Below, one piece after another: positions 12,901 to 24,900 of a DNA stretch of 64,000 bases (positions are counted from its first letter, which is position 1; every line of letters starts with the position of its first letter). Made by a program: the position numbers and the translations under genes. The notes under the pieces are model-generated. The model did not search any database. It saw nothing but the letters and a program-made list of their open reading frames with translations, and was not told the origin of the DNA. Source of the stretch: Phoronis australis (taxonomy: Eukaryota > Animalia > Phoronida); contig NMRA01000446.1 of NCBI GenBank assembly GCA_002633005.1, positions 1-64,000 on the forward strand, written 5' to 3'.

Positions 12901-15900
12901 CAACTATTAGTGATTATAGTGGGAGACTGGGGAGTTTGCCCTAAACTGGCATGTCACTAACAAATAGTGAAATGTTCTAGAGTTATATGTGAGAGTGCGT
13001 CAGAATGGATTGCAGTGTTGTAGTGATGAAATGCCGTGCTTTCTTCATCTTACTTGTGAAACACGTACTGCACAAAACAATAATTGTCTGCATTGCTAGT
13101 AACCCGGTGCATTGAATAGCGAAAACATGCGAAAATGTTGGGAAGAGATGAAACAGCAGTGAGCTGGGAGCACTATGTAATGACCGACAACCATTGCGGC
13201 GAATGGCATGATGGCGGAGTGAACACTGCTATTGTACTACACTCCTTGGTCACAGTAAATGGTAGCTAGCTAGCTGGCTGTATGAAGACTGTCGTCAAAA
13301 TACAGCTAGGTACCACTGTGTGGTACAAAGTTTTATTAATAGTAAATATACAGCTTTGTGAGGATGTAGGTAAAAAATGACCAAATAAAATCTCACACAA
13401 AATCAGTGACATTGAAAACTGCACTATGCTTTAGTAAACTAAATAATTTACCGGTGTTGGAAATATTAGCGTTCTATCGTTATTCTGCTGCTAAAATTGT
13501 GGAGCGATATTTTGTGTCGGCTTTTGGCACCATAAAGTATTGCGCCACCTATTGACCAGTTTCTTTTTTAGTCGATTCTTCAATCAACAGTACTTCTTCC
13601 ACGAGGTTGCGTAGATGCCACAACAAATTATCGGAACTGTTTTCATTTAGTTACAAGTGTTTAGAATTTTGATACCGAAAACCGAATTTCAGAACAAATT
13701 TTGCGCATAGCCAGTATAGGGAGTCTACTAATGAAACTGATGTCATTTTCAGCGACTTATCTTCCACTGAATGCATGCCAACAGTTTCACTGCAAAAAGT
13801 CATGTGTATCAAGGTAAACGACCTCATAAAGTACAACTTGTCGGGGAATTTTTGCCGATTTTGATCATGACGACGTCGTACTCCTCATGACCAGTCCAAA
13901 CACGTAGTACAAGTTGGCCTACCGAACAGTGCAGGCTATGGTACATTCAAAATTTCTATAAATCCTTAAAAGCGACTCCTTTATTAAAAAACTCAATGTA
14001 TTTGACAGGTTTTGCATCGAATTTTGCTGATCTATTAGTGTAACGCGATGAAGTCAAGCGATAAGATGACATCAACCAGTAACCGTTTTGTACGGGACTG
14101 CTTAACAGACTGTGTTAGAACCTATGAGGTCATTGGTTAATTTCAGCATGTCCGTCTGCCGTCTGGAGTCAGGTAAAAGAACTAAACTTGCTTTTATCCA
14201 TTGGAGCTACTCCATCTAAACTGAAACAAAATACATTGTTTTGGCGGCATTCTCCTTTAAGGTCTTCAAACACAACAGCTTTTTCACGTTTGCTTTAGAC
14301 AACAGAGTTTTCCAACATAGCCACGGCCTAGTCAGACGATGGAACCTGCTGCTGGACCCCAGTTAAGCTTTTTGGTAAACAAAATGAGTCATTTACTATT
14401 ACATGAGAAAGAACAACATCCTGAATTTTTCTGAAGCGTGTCTGTAAAAATATAAGGAAAACCCTGTCGTGCAACACACGTTAGCATCCTCGCCTTCGAG
14501 ATCTCGAGATCTCGCGGGCTTCCTGGCCTCGGATGGACATTTGTATGAGCAACATGTTTCGAGATATGGAATTAGGGCGTGTGGCAAAAATGACAATGGT
14601 TAATTCTCTACTTCATTATTGTGCAAAATACTTGCCATATTCGTCTTTTTCCACTCTTCCAGTATTGATTACCTTAGCGTAAGGGAAAGATCCCCATTAT
14701 GACGTGTACACAGTACACATCATATGCCAGTAAACAAAGTACGAGTTTCTCTGTCTTCATTTTGTGGAGAAATTTGACACAGTAGAAATTTACTCCTTGG
14801 ACACATTGGGTAATGAACAGGCCAAGAATTACCTAACACAAATCACCTACAATAAAAATCTGTCTGTGTACATGATTCTATTTTGCAGGATGTTTTACCT
14901 ACCAGCAAAGAGAAATGTGTCAACTTCGTCCCTTATTTCTGAGTTGGACAATCCTTTCCCGTCTTCGTCCTTAGCGCTCAACATAATATCAATAAAGTCC
15001 AAATATTTCTTCCCTTCCAGCGCTTTGCTGTCATTTTCCTGGATTAAAAAACGTGTTAAATCAAGCTTGGATAACTTTTTCGTTCAACTGACACATTAAC
15101 GACAGCCATATTGCTAAACTGTCAATGTTAATTATCAAGAAAACACGGCCATTAAAACGAAATTGACGTATTACTACTCCGGACACACCAACTGTACTTT
15201 TTTAGCACGTGTTGAACAGGAGTGAGTGACCCCATTTCCATTACGTCACATTCAAGGAGTGAGTGACCCCATTTCCATTACGTCACATTCAAACACGTTA
15301 TGATAATTAAAGGCTTCCAGCAAAGTCTGAACCAATATTTTACACAAGAGAGATCCGAGTGAAATGATAATAGCTTTCCGCTTGAAGGTTTTCTCTAAAT
15401 ATTGCAGTAACATAGTTGACAACATTCGAAACTGAAAAAGCTAGGCATTTGGATCAAGGCCTTACTGCAAGTGGTAAATGACCAGTGAAACATTCAAAAA
15501 TATCCTAGTGGTGTTTTTGTATTTTCAGTCGCGTCGGTGAACGAATGGAGAAAAGGGGGGAAATTGCGTGAAAAAGCAAAAATATATAAAAAATACGTCG
15601 ATTTTCTCGCGTGTCATAGAGCGGGACATCTTGATAGTGTGGTGGGACGCAGGACAAAGGTAGTGAGGTGGGACGCAGGACAAATGTAGTGTGGTGGGAC
15701 GCAGGACAAAGGTAGTGAGGTGGGACGCAGGACAAAGATTCAAAAAGCCTTACAGTTCTGCCAAAAGCCGAACAGTTGTCAAGTATTGAGTAACCTACAT
15801 GACTGATTAGTGTACCACATTGTGGGCAAATGAACGGGACTGAAGCGTCTGATTAGTGTACCACATTTTGGAAGAGAAAACGGGACTGAAGCGTCTAACT

Positions 15901-18900
15901 AGTGCACCACATTGTGGGCAAGTAAAGGGAACTGAAGTGTCTCCAGAGGCGGATCCAGGATTTTCAGTTAGGGGGGTCAGGGCAGAGTATTAGCCAGGAT
16001 TTTGCCCCTCAGACATTCACATCCCCGAACTGCCAAATGGAATCTGGGAGAATTTTAGGAGGGCATGGCCCTCTTGGCCCCCCTCTAAATCCGCCACTGG
16101 TCTCGGTTGAACACAGGCGTGGGTTGTAGTCAGCAATAAAATCTGAACTTAATGTTGATGGACAAAGAATTCCACAATCCTGCGCCCGCGCACTCAAAGT
16201 TCCTGGGGTCGTGTGGCAGATGACCAGGGCAATCAAAGGCAAGCAGCATGTATATTAACCAGAGTTTGCAGACTTGCTGAAGTTTAATTAAGGCCCCACT
16301 AATTCGCTGGAGCCTGCGGAAGAAGAATTTCTCGCTGGCAAACGGCTATAAAATATTCCTACATGTGACAAATTAATAACTTCAGAATAAGTCATTAGTT
16401 TCAATCAGCATCTTTTCCGATTCAAATTGACAGTAATCAGGACCGTATATTTTGTGATGACCCCGTTTTCCGTCTCCATTTCTATTATGACTATTCAGAA
16501 TATAATCACAAAATTCTTTGGCGGCAACACTATAACAATAACAGAACATACCAGTTCCTGCCTTCTACGTTTGATAATAGCGTTGGCCTGTTCGTGAACT
16601 TTGTCGCAGTAGTATTGAAATTGGCGGGATGTTCTCGTAAGTCTCCTCAGTAATGGGAAGATCGTGAACAGTGGGTTTCGGTCGAGGCTGTAAAGTACAC
16701 GCTTGATCAGCATATAAGTAATGTTCTCAATTCCCCATATCCCGAATTCAACTCTCCTCTATTGTGAAGGTAGAGAAGAACGTCTTATGGTTGACCTAGT
16801 TTTTAAATGGAAGAAGTTAAACTTGTTTCTGGGCTGGATTGGATCAGACGTGAAAAACAATTTATCACGCCCATTTCAGCTTTCAAACTTTTTCGTTTCA
16901 ACATAGCAAGTCGCTAAGCAATATTATAACTTTTTGGCATTCTAATAATAAGGAAAATATATATGCCAATCTTAGACCAGCATGGGGCAAGCACTAAAGG
17001 GACGCTCGGCATTCTGAAACATACCGAAGAAATTTCTCATCACGAGGTCTCTTTGCTAGTGGAATTTTCTCGAGAAGAGGTCACACAGGTCATGGATATG
17101 GTCAATGCAAAGGATACACCCTGCACAATATAATAAATATTTCAATAACTTTCTTCCAATTGCAAATTAGGAACGCGACTGTTGGATGCCTTAAGTGTGA
17201 AAAACTCCACAAAGTACGAAACTTATCAAAAAGAAACAGCTTGAAGTGGAAACAGAATGTGGATAACGGCATTTTTAGATGTTTGCCGTGCTCATCATTC
17301 CTTAAAGATATTGATATCTTAATTAGCCTTAATACTTCTTGGCATAACTAGAAGATGACCGACATTATCGTAGAACAACCGGTAACAAGTGATGGCAAAG
17401 TGAATATTAAGCAGTGGTGGGTATATACATGGGGTTTAGGGGCTTCAAACGCCCTTGGGCCAAACGACCAAATATGTCTCTAGGTAATTTTCTCATGTCT
17501 GAAAATCTGACAAAACAGTCGTGCTTTCGATCAATCTTGGGCACCAGAAGAGCTATCACCAAAATAGTCAAGTGACATGCAATAAATTGCATTACTTCAA
17601 AAGACTCACACGGCGTTCTGAACAATACCCCCAGTTAAGTGTCGTACGGCGTTAAGATACGGGTGCTCATTTCTGAAAATAGATAAAGAAACACAACCAT
17701 CAGTCACGTGACGAAGAAAATCAAAATGGTTTTCACGTGAACACCCATAAATTGGCCTCTCCAAAAGCTCTCAGAGCCCTACTTTTAATGTCACTTACTC
17801 TGACTACGGTTGGACATCTGAAATTTTATTTCTAATTCCTTCAGGGATGACAAACAGTACCGGTACCAAAATGATGCCTTGGCATGTCCAATTTCTGCAC
17901 CATAACTACCAACACACAATATTTTGAAAAATAGTGGGGCATTCAAAACATGTTAGAAGCCCATAAAAATGACACAAGTGCTATTTTGGCAATTATTTTG
18001 CACTAACGATAAAAAACAGACTAAAATGTGCTATAGTCTGGCTTGGCCAGGCATTTCTGAAAAACGTTGAGATTCACAAGGCGACCAGAAATGTACTTAC
18101 TGAATTGACGTTTGTGAGGCACAAGGCAACACAAGTAGGTTTGACAGGACTGTACCCAACCATCATAAATTAATTGCCATATGTGTATGAACGCATGCAT
18201 AAGAAAACCAGAAATGGTATTGGTCTCATAAAACAGTGTACATTTCAACCTTATAATGAGAAAAAATCAGGTCTTAGTACTGTTGATCTTGAAATGTATA
18301 GTGCCAGACTTTTTTAGTTCACAAAGGTTGTGGCTTTGAAATACATGTAATCTAGCTACTCTGCCATCATGTCCTATTCGTCAGCAAATTTCGGTGCACA
18401 TCACCAAGTACAGGGCAGTGACAAATTAAATTAATCTCATTTTCAGTTCAACCAATATTGCATATTCCACAAATTCTCTCACTCTCGGCTAGATCTGCGT
18501 AATTTTAATGTAAAGTTTGGGAATTGAGCAACTAAAACGAGCAATAGTATTTTCCTTAAGCAGGGATCTAAAAAGCACAGGTATTTCATACACTGTAGTT
18601 CCGTTTTGATAGTACAATAAAATTGATAGTAATTTTAATTATTAATTACAGATTGTCACTTTTGTACGTCACAGTCTCTTGGCGAAATTCTGAAAGGAAT
18701 AAATGTACGTGTCCCGGCCCGTATAACCATACCTCTCCAAACCTTAAGTATACAGCAGCATTTTCAAAGAATAGGATATACCCAGTTGTACCTCAGCCAT
18801 TAGGTGGTGGGTCAGAATTTGTAGGGCTTCTAGAAAATGATTTTTGTGAGTACTAAAGAGGGGCAATTTTATTTTGGTGTTTTTAATTCATTTATTAGAG

Positions 18901-21900
18901 TGTTTTCAAAATTTAAAAAGTTCCCACACATAAAGTTACACATTTTTGAGAAATTTGAGTTTGAAGTTACACCAAAGAGCTTAGTGAACTTAATTTATAA
19001 AAACAACAGTTTTGATATCTTTTTGTAAAACATGTAATATGGTCCCATCAATGTCATTGTATTGAACAATAATACACTCACATAACTTGTTTTACTATTG
19101 TATACTAATTGTAAACAGTGAAATTAAAAAAAAATTGTAAAGTGACCCATAGTGGCAGAAATACAAGTCTGAATGTTACTAGGAGGTTATTCTGGCATTG
19201 TGTGGCAAAAAAAAATACCACTGAACACTAAGACTGGACAAAATTTGTGCCTCAATGACTGAACCATTGACTAATGGGATAAATGTAGCTTCTTTGCATA
19301 ATACACCAGAATTATGTTATACAAAAACAATTTAGTTGAATAATCTCTGTGAAGGTGTACACAGATTGAGAACACAAAAATAATAGGTTATTCTGACAGC
19401 TCACACTTTTTAATACAAAGATAAAACGAAATAACGGGGTTGGAGAAGTTGGCGGTCTATTTAGGGTTGACTTGTCAAAGAACTATCCAATGTTATGCAG
19501 TCAGTATTGCTGATGTTAATACAGTTGTCATAGCTTCACATTTCTGTTCAGTTTGACTCAGCATTGCTGCACAAACTCAGTTTCCCTGCACACACATTCT
19601 TTAAGCACTTGCAGCATACATCGTTTAGAACTGTCAATGGAGCTGTGGGCATTGACATCCATTTTAATTGCAAAGCTCCACCGCCAAGTAGCCAACTACG
19701 GCTGATTAGAGAGGGTACAGTACTGCACACTGGTGATTGGCCCCCGTGCAATGAAGGATTCAATACTGAGTCTTTGTTTGGAGGCAGGCAGGATTTGGGC
19801 AAATGTTCGATTCAAAACATGTTATAAAGGGCTGTGTTCGTTAGTGTGTCAGCAAGTGAATTATTATTGAACACTAGCCTCAATTCACTTTCGTCTCTCT
19901 TAGTTGGATACAACTGCAACAGTGAGTAGCTTCAACAGTCGTTTCTTAAGATGGCCTGTCCAAAAAACTTCATGCACACCAGCTTTCTGAAGAACAGCTT
20001 CAAAGTCTTGCTTTAGTTTTGAAAGGCAAATGACATTTCCATGTGTTAGAATCGTTGAATCAATGAACTCCAAACAAAACTGTAGAAAAACATCTCTGAA
20101 AACTGTGGATTCTTCACTCTTCACAATCTTTGTCTTTCTATTTTTATAGCATGATGATCTGTGGCACTTGGCTTCTTAAGCCACAAGGTCTTTATCTTTG
20201 AATTTCATTTGCATATTCAGGGCTGACGTTTCCTGTAAGCATTTGATTTGACAGCACTCGGTCACGGCTTTTCTTGTGACTCTTCGCAGCATGGCCATAA
20301 ATAATACCGGCTGCGAGCAGCCGGCTGCCATCATTGAACCCAGCCAGTTGGGATGCAGTCTGCTCGAGGTTGCGTTTGCGGGCCAGCAGCTTAACGTCAG
20401 CCGAATATAAGTAAAGGGGTTGGTTGGTGGTGCATGAGCCAGCGAGGTAATCTGCACGCTCATTAATTAAGACACCGGCGTGGCCAGGTACGAAAGACCA
20501 GATCACTACATGATGAGGGTGGCGTAATCGGAAGACACCCCAGTTGGCTGGGAGGTTTCCAGATTGAACTTTCATCAACACTGCCATGGAATCGGTGGCA
20601 AAGATAATGGTGTGATTCTCCAGGTCTAGGAGTGACAGCTTGGTTAGGGCACGTTGTATAGCCTCAAACTCCATCCGCGTACTGCTTGTGTATACATGGT
20701 GGCAGCCACTACCTACCGCAATGACGTTGTTAGCACAGCGTATTTGATAACCCCCTCCCGCACGATTAGTTTCACCATCGAAGGATCCATCAGTTGCTAC
20801 AATGATGGCATTAATACAGCCAAGATCACGCCATTGCTGACGGCACAATGCTTGGGCTACTCCAGGAGGCCATTCCCGAGCTTCCCTGTTGAAAGCAATG
20901 ATGACATTCGGTTCCTCACCAAGTTCTTGTACTGGCAGCCAAGCAGCATCTTGCGCGATCATGTGTTCGCCGATGAGACCCATGGTTGCGTTAACAGCAG
21001 CGATAGTCCACGAGCACCTGCCAAGTCTATGGTGGGAGACATTGCGAAAAGGTCTAGGACGAAGTCCATAAGTTTCCGTTGCAGGGACGGGGTTCACGCA
21101 CCTGTCAAGTGCAGTCTTCACTTGACTGTGTAACATAGAAAGAACTAGGTTGCCCCCTAAAGTACTCACAAGGATGAACGTTATGAGATCTGGCCTACCG
21201 ACTACATTCTCAGATTGCTGCTGCAAGATACTGTAACACTGAACTGGTTGTCTGAGGCTTTATCTGAAACAGTCTTGTCCAGTAAACAATACGCGTGCCC
21301 AACAGAACGCAATCTGTTTTTCACCCAGTTGTCTAGTCTACCTTAGGGAAAATGAGGTCTAGAATTTGCTAATACAACAATTAAAATTATACTGTATTTA
21401 CAATCCATATAAAAATTAGTTTCTGCAATTAGAATTTGGTTACTAGGAGCAGAGTTAGTTACATTTGTCCATGAAGCACAAAAGGTCTTAAGGTTTGATG
21501 TTGATAACATTTCTTTACAGCTAAAGTGCGGTTGTCGTCGTTCACTTGCTGATAATGCCATTTTGTGCACCGTGTTTATGATATTTTGAATAAAAAAATT
21601 GTGAAAAATATTTTGTACTTTCAAAAATTAAAAGACGAAAACTATTCACAGAGAAATTTTGAAAATTAGCTTGAAACGGAAAGCCGTTTTACTTTTCATT
21701 TGTGTCTACAACGCAATGCGTGTTACTGTTTACCTTTATATCTACACCACTGGTTGGCCTTCTGTTTTTGGAGACGTCCCTTCATTCCTTCATGCCTTCC
21801 GATGGGGTTTGTGCGACTAAAAGACCCTGTGCTTTTTTATCAGACTTCTACACAGATATATCGATAAGGGTACCATGGGTCAGGAAACGAAATATAACAG

Positions 21901-24900
21901 AGTAAAGAAATGTTGAGTGTTGAGTTGCTAAAGAGTCGTTAGGAGTACTCCTGAGATGGAATGTAGCCTACCATAAAGGTATCGTTTTACGTGCGTTACG
22001 AATAACTAGTTTCTTGATATGCAGGCGAGATGACGAGAGATCATGCGATATACAAGCAAAGCACGTGATATCACTAGCTTTCACCCATGAGCAGGGGGTG
22101 GGGCTCGGGGATTGAGCGAACCTCCCCCCTCCCGTTTGGAGAAGTGGAAAAAAAGGGCTACCTCAGTGAAACAAAAAAGTCCGAAAACGAGGCACTAAAA
22201 AGGCAGGAAGTACCAAAATTCGCGAACGCACGATTAAAAAATTTGAACGTACCTCGTTTTTTTAGTAAAGGGTCCATTTTCCCAAAAATTTAAGCCCCCA
22301 CTTTTTAAGCTGGGTGCGCGCACGACTCAATGAGCCCCACGCATGCAATTCCGCGAGTTACTATGGCGCCATGCTTTGAGTATCATATCTATACCTCTTT
22401 GTAAAAGAAAAAATATCTTTTGATGGGACTTACGAGTCAATGAGCTGACAGGTTGTTTCTATGGAGAAAGCACAGCGAAACAATGAGTCAAGTGTTAACT
22501 GACTGACGTTCTTGAATCCATCCATACTTTCGTCACGAGCTATGTGGCGCTCTATTTTTTCCTAGAAAATATAATGTATTACTACACATGTACAGTGCAA
22601 ACGTTACAGCCACAGAATACAGAAGCATTCTCAGTGCTGTGTATAAAGCCTATCCTACAGATAGTACTAACTGTTAGCATGGGACAGTTTTATACAAGGC
22701 TGTTCAACACTGATTGTTTTGACTTAACCATCAGTTCCAGTTTCAAGTTAATGGATCACACTGGTGATACTTCGGAGGCAAAGTGACGATGGGAATAAAA
22801 CGAATCATTTTACAACAAGCGGTGCTTAACTTTGTTATATTTATAGCGAGTTCGCCGGTAGGAAGATTTAGTAGAAACGTTCTAGAAACTTGACAGGGAA
22901 TTTCGACTCTTCTGATGTCAGCTTGGGTAGGTAAGATTTGGAGGACAGCCGTCTCCAGTACATACATTCAGATATTGTCTCTACCCTCTGTCACAGCGCC
23001 ACGTGTGTGGAAATGTGGCCTTGTGAAATGATGATGTCAAGGACACACAGAACTCGGTGTGTGGGCATCAGCTTGATTTGAGCTTTTGTCGTTTTATGTA
23101 TGGTACTCGAAGCTGCCCAAAACTGAGTATAACGAATCGTACATGTTTAATGCCTTGTAACCTTGCGTGATTTCAGCAACCGCAATCAACAAAAGCATGT
23201 CTGAATACTCGCTGGTTCCGTGAGTGCCGCTAGGTGGTCAGTAGCCAGCACGCGTGCTGGCACAGGCTAGGCATGTAGGTAACCAGCGAGGTCTGAATAC
23301 AGTGCTCGACACTTAGTGCGGTTGATGGGTGCTGACTGCTGGGTGTGGCAATAGCACCGGTTTTACGAAATAAACGGAACAATTGTCATCACAAAGTCGC
23401 TACAAACTTTGAAAGGAATCTCGGGGGAATTATTGTCTGACTTTGGTACTCCCTATGGTGACCTCTGGCACTTGGAATATTTCCCAGGTCACCAACTACA
23501 ATCCTGAAATCGCATGGCAACCTGCAGACCGTTCAATCGAGCTCAGCAACAGATGAGACAGTAAACTGATGTATTTCTCAACATCCACCATTGAAATATG
23601 CAAAAGTTATTTTCCATATAGATACAAATGTTAGTTCATTCTGTTGACCAATGAGAAGGCATGTTACATGATCAAACCACAATGCTTACTTCCCTTGGAC
23701 TAGGAAAGAAGAGTGTAGTGTCGTCTTGAGAGGGGAGAACATACTTTACATTAGAGGAAGCAACCGAAAGCGGTGACAACTGCGATGGAGCCATGGAGGT
23801 ATTTATTCTTGGCATTGGCGAGGATTTCTATGTAATCTCTGGTAGAACGACCGGTTCCTTATTTGCACAGGTATTGCGTAAGTTTGCAGTTTGCCGAAGT
23901 TGGGTGGCACCACCCTAGAGATAAATGGGAACCTTTCCCGAGATGTACATGAATCAAGTTAACAGTTAAAAACTAGGTAAAAAATAATTCAGCAACAGGT
24001 TTACTTCCAAGGAGACTCGTTTATTAAACATGAGCAACGCGGAGCGTTGAAATGCGCGAAAGAATGCACCGCAAACGGTGTGCTTTCAGGGGTGTTTACA
24101 AAAATGGCAACTAGATGGCGCAGAATATGTCAAATCCATCCCAAAACTGGTATATGCCATCAAAGCTTATTTCTAAATATCATGAAAGTCCGAGGAAAGC
24201 AGAAGAAAGGAAATTGACACTAGGAGGCTAGAGACGCAAAAACATAACTGTCACTATTAGGGGCCACAGTAGATCATAACGCTAAATCGTCGTGAGAGAC
24301 CGTCCGGAGTTGGTATATGGTGTAACTCCGGACGGTCTGAGGCAACAGAAAATCACAGTTCTTCTGTGAGCCTACACCAGTTAGATAAACGAGAGTAGTT
24401 GTACTTGCCGCATTAGCTTCAGGTATCATTATCTCTTTTATGACATAAAATGTGTGACTGGGCAAAGCTTTTTCAAATTAGTGTACATAAACCAATAGAG
24501 CGTGAGACCCCTTAGGTCCCAGTCAAGTCCTCACGGCAATTCTACGTTATGGAAGTCATCGGAAAATTATCGTCAATCCTCCTATTCACACTAAGAACAT
24601 ATATAGCAATTTTCACAATCATCCCTAGAGCAGTTTGGTTGATACAGGAGTGGGCGACAAAAACAAACTCGAATACAGTAAAAATGGGCACTAGTTGGTG
24701 CAAAATACCTCGAATCCATCCCAAAACGGGATGATAGCGTCATATCACTAATAGATGCATAACTTCGAAATTTTATACAATCTGTTGAGGACCTCCGAAG
24801 ATAACAGAGTTAAACTGAAAAACTAAAATTGCCACTACGGGTCGCACCAGTAGTCAGAGAGATCCAAATTTCGTCGTCATCCGTCATGGGCTTCATAGAA

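Noticed and set aside
15505-15635. Possible Helitron 3' end (CTAG on the minus strand)
   Set aside because: No convincing subterminal hairpin and not followed by T.
16688-16758. In-frame upstream extension of exon 6 (…[11 protein letters not shown])
   Set aside because: Wrong phase for exon 5 and would over-lengthen the F-G region; the TTTACAG acceptor at 16689-16688 fits.
17025-17120. 96-nt AG/GT-bounded candidate CYP4 exon (IHDLCDLF-like)
   Set aside because: Stops in all three frames; the real F-helix exon is 17672-17610.
17799-17817. 19-nt micro-exon with a good GTAAGT donor
   Set aside because: It would shift the frame between exons 4 and 5, and the protein is complete without it.
20654-21133. 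159-aa plus-strand ORF
   Set aside because: Antisense shadow of the RNase H ORF.
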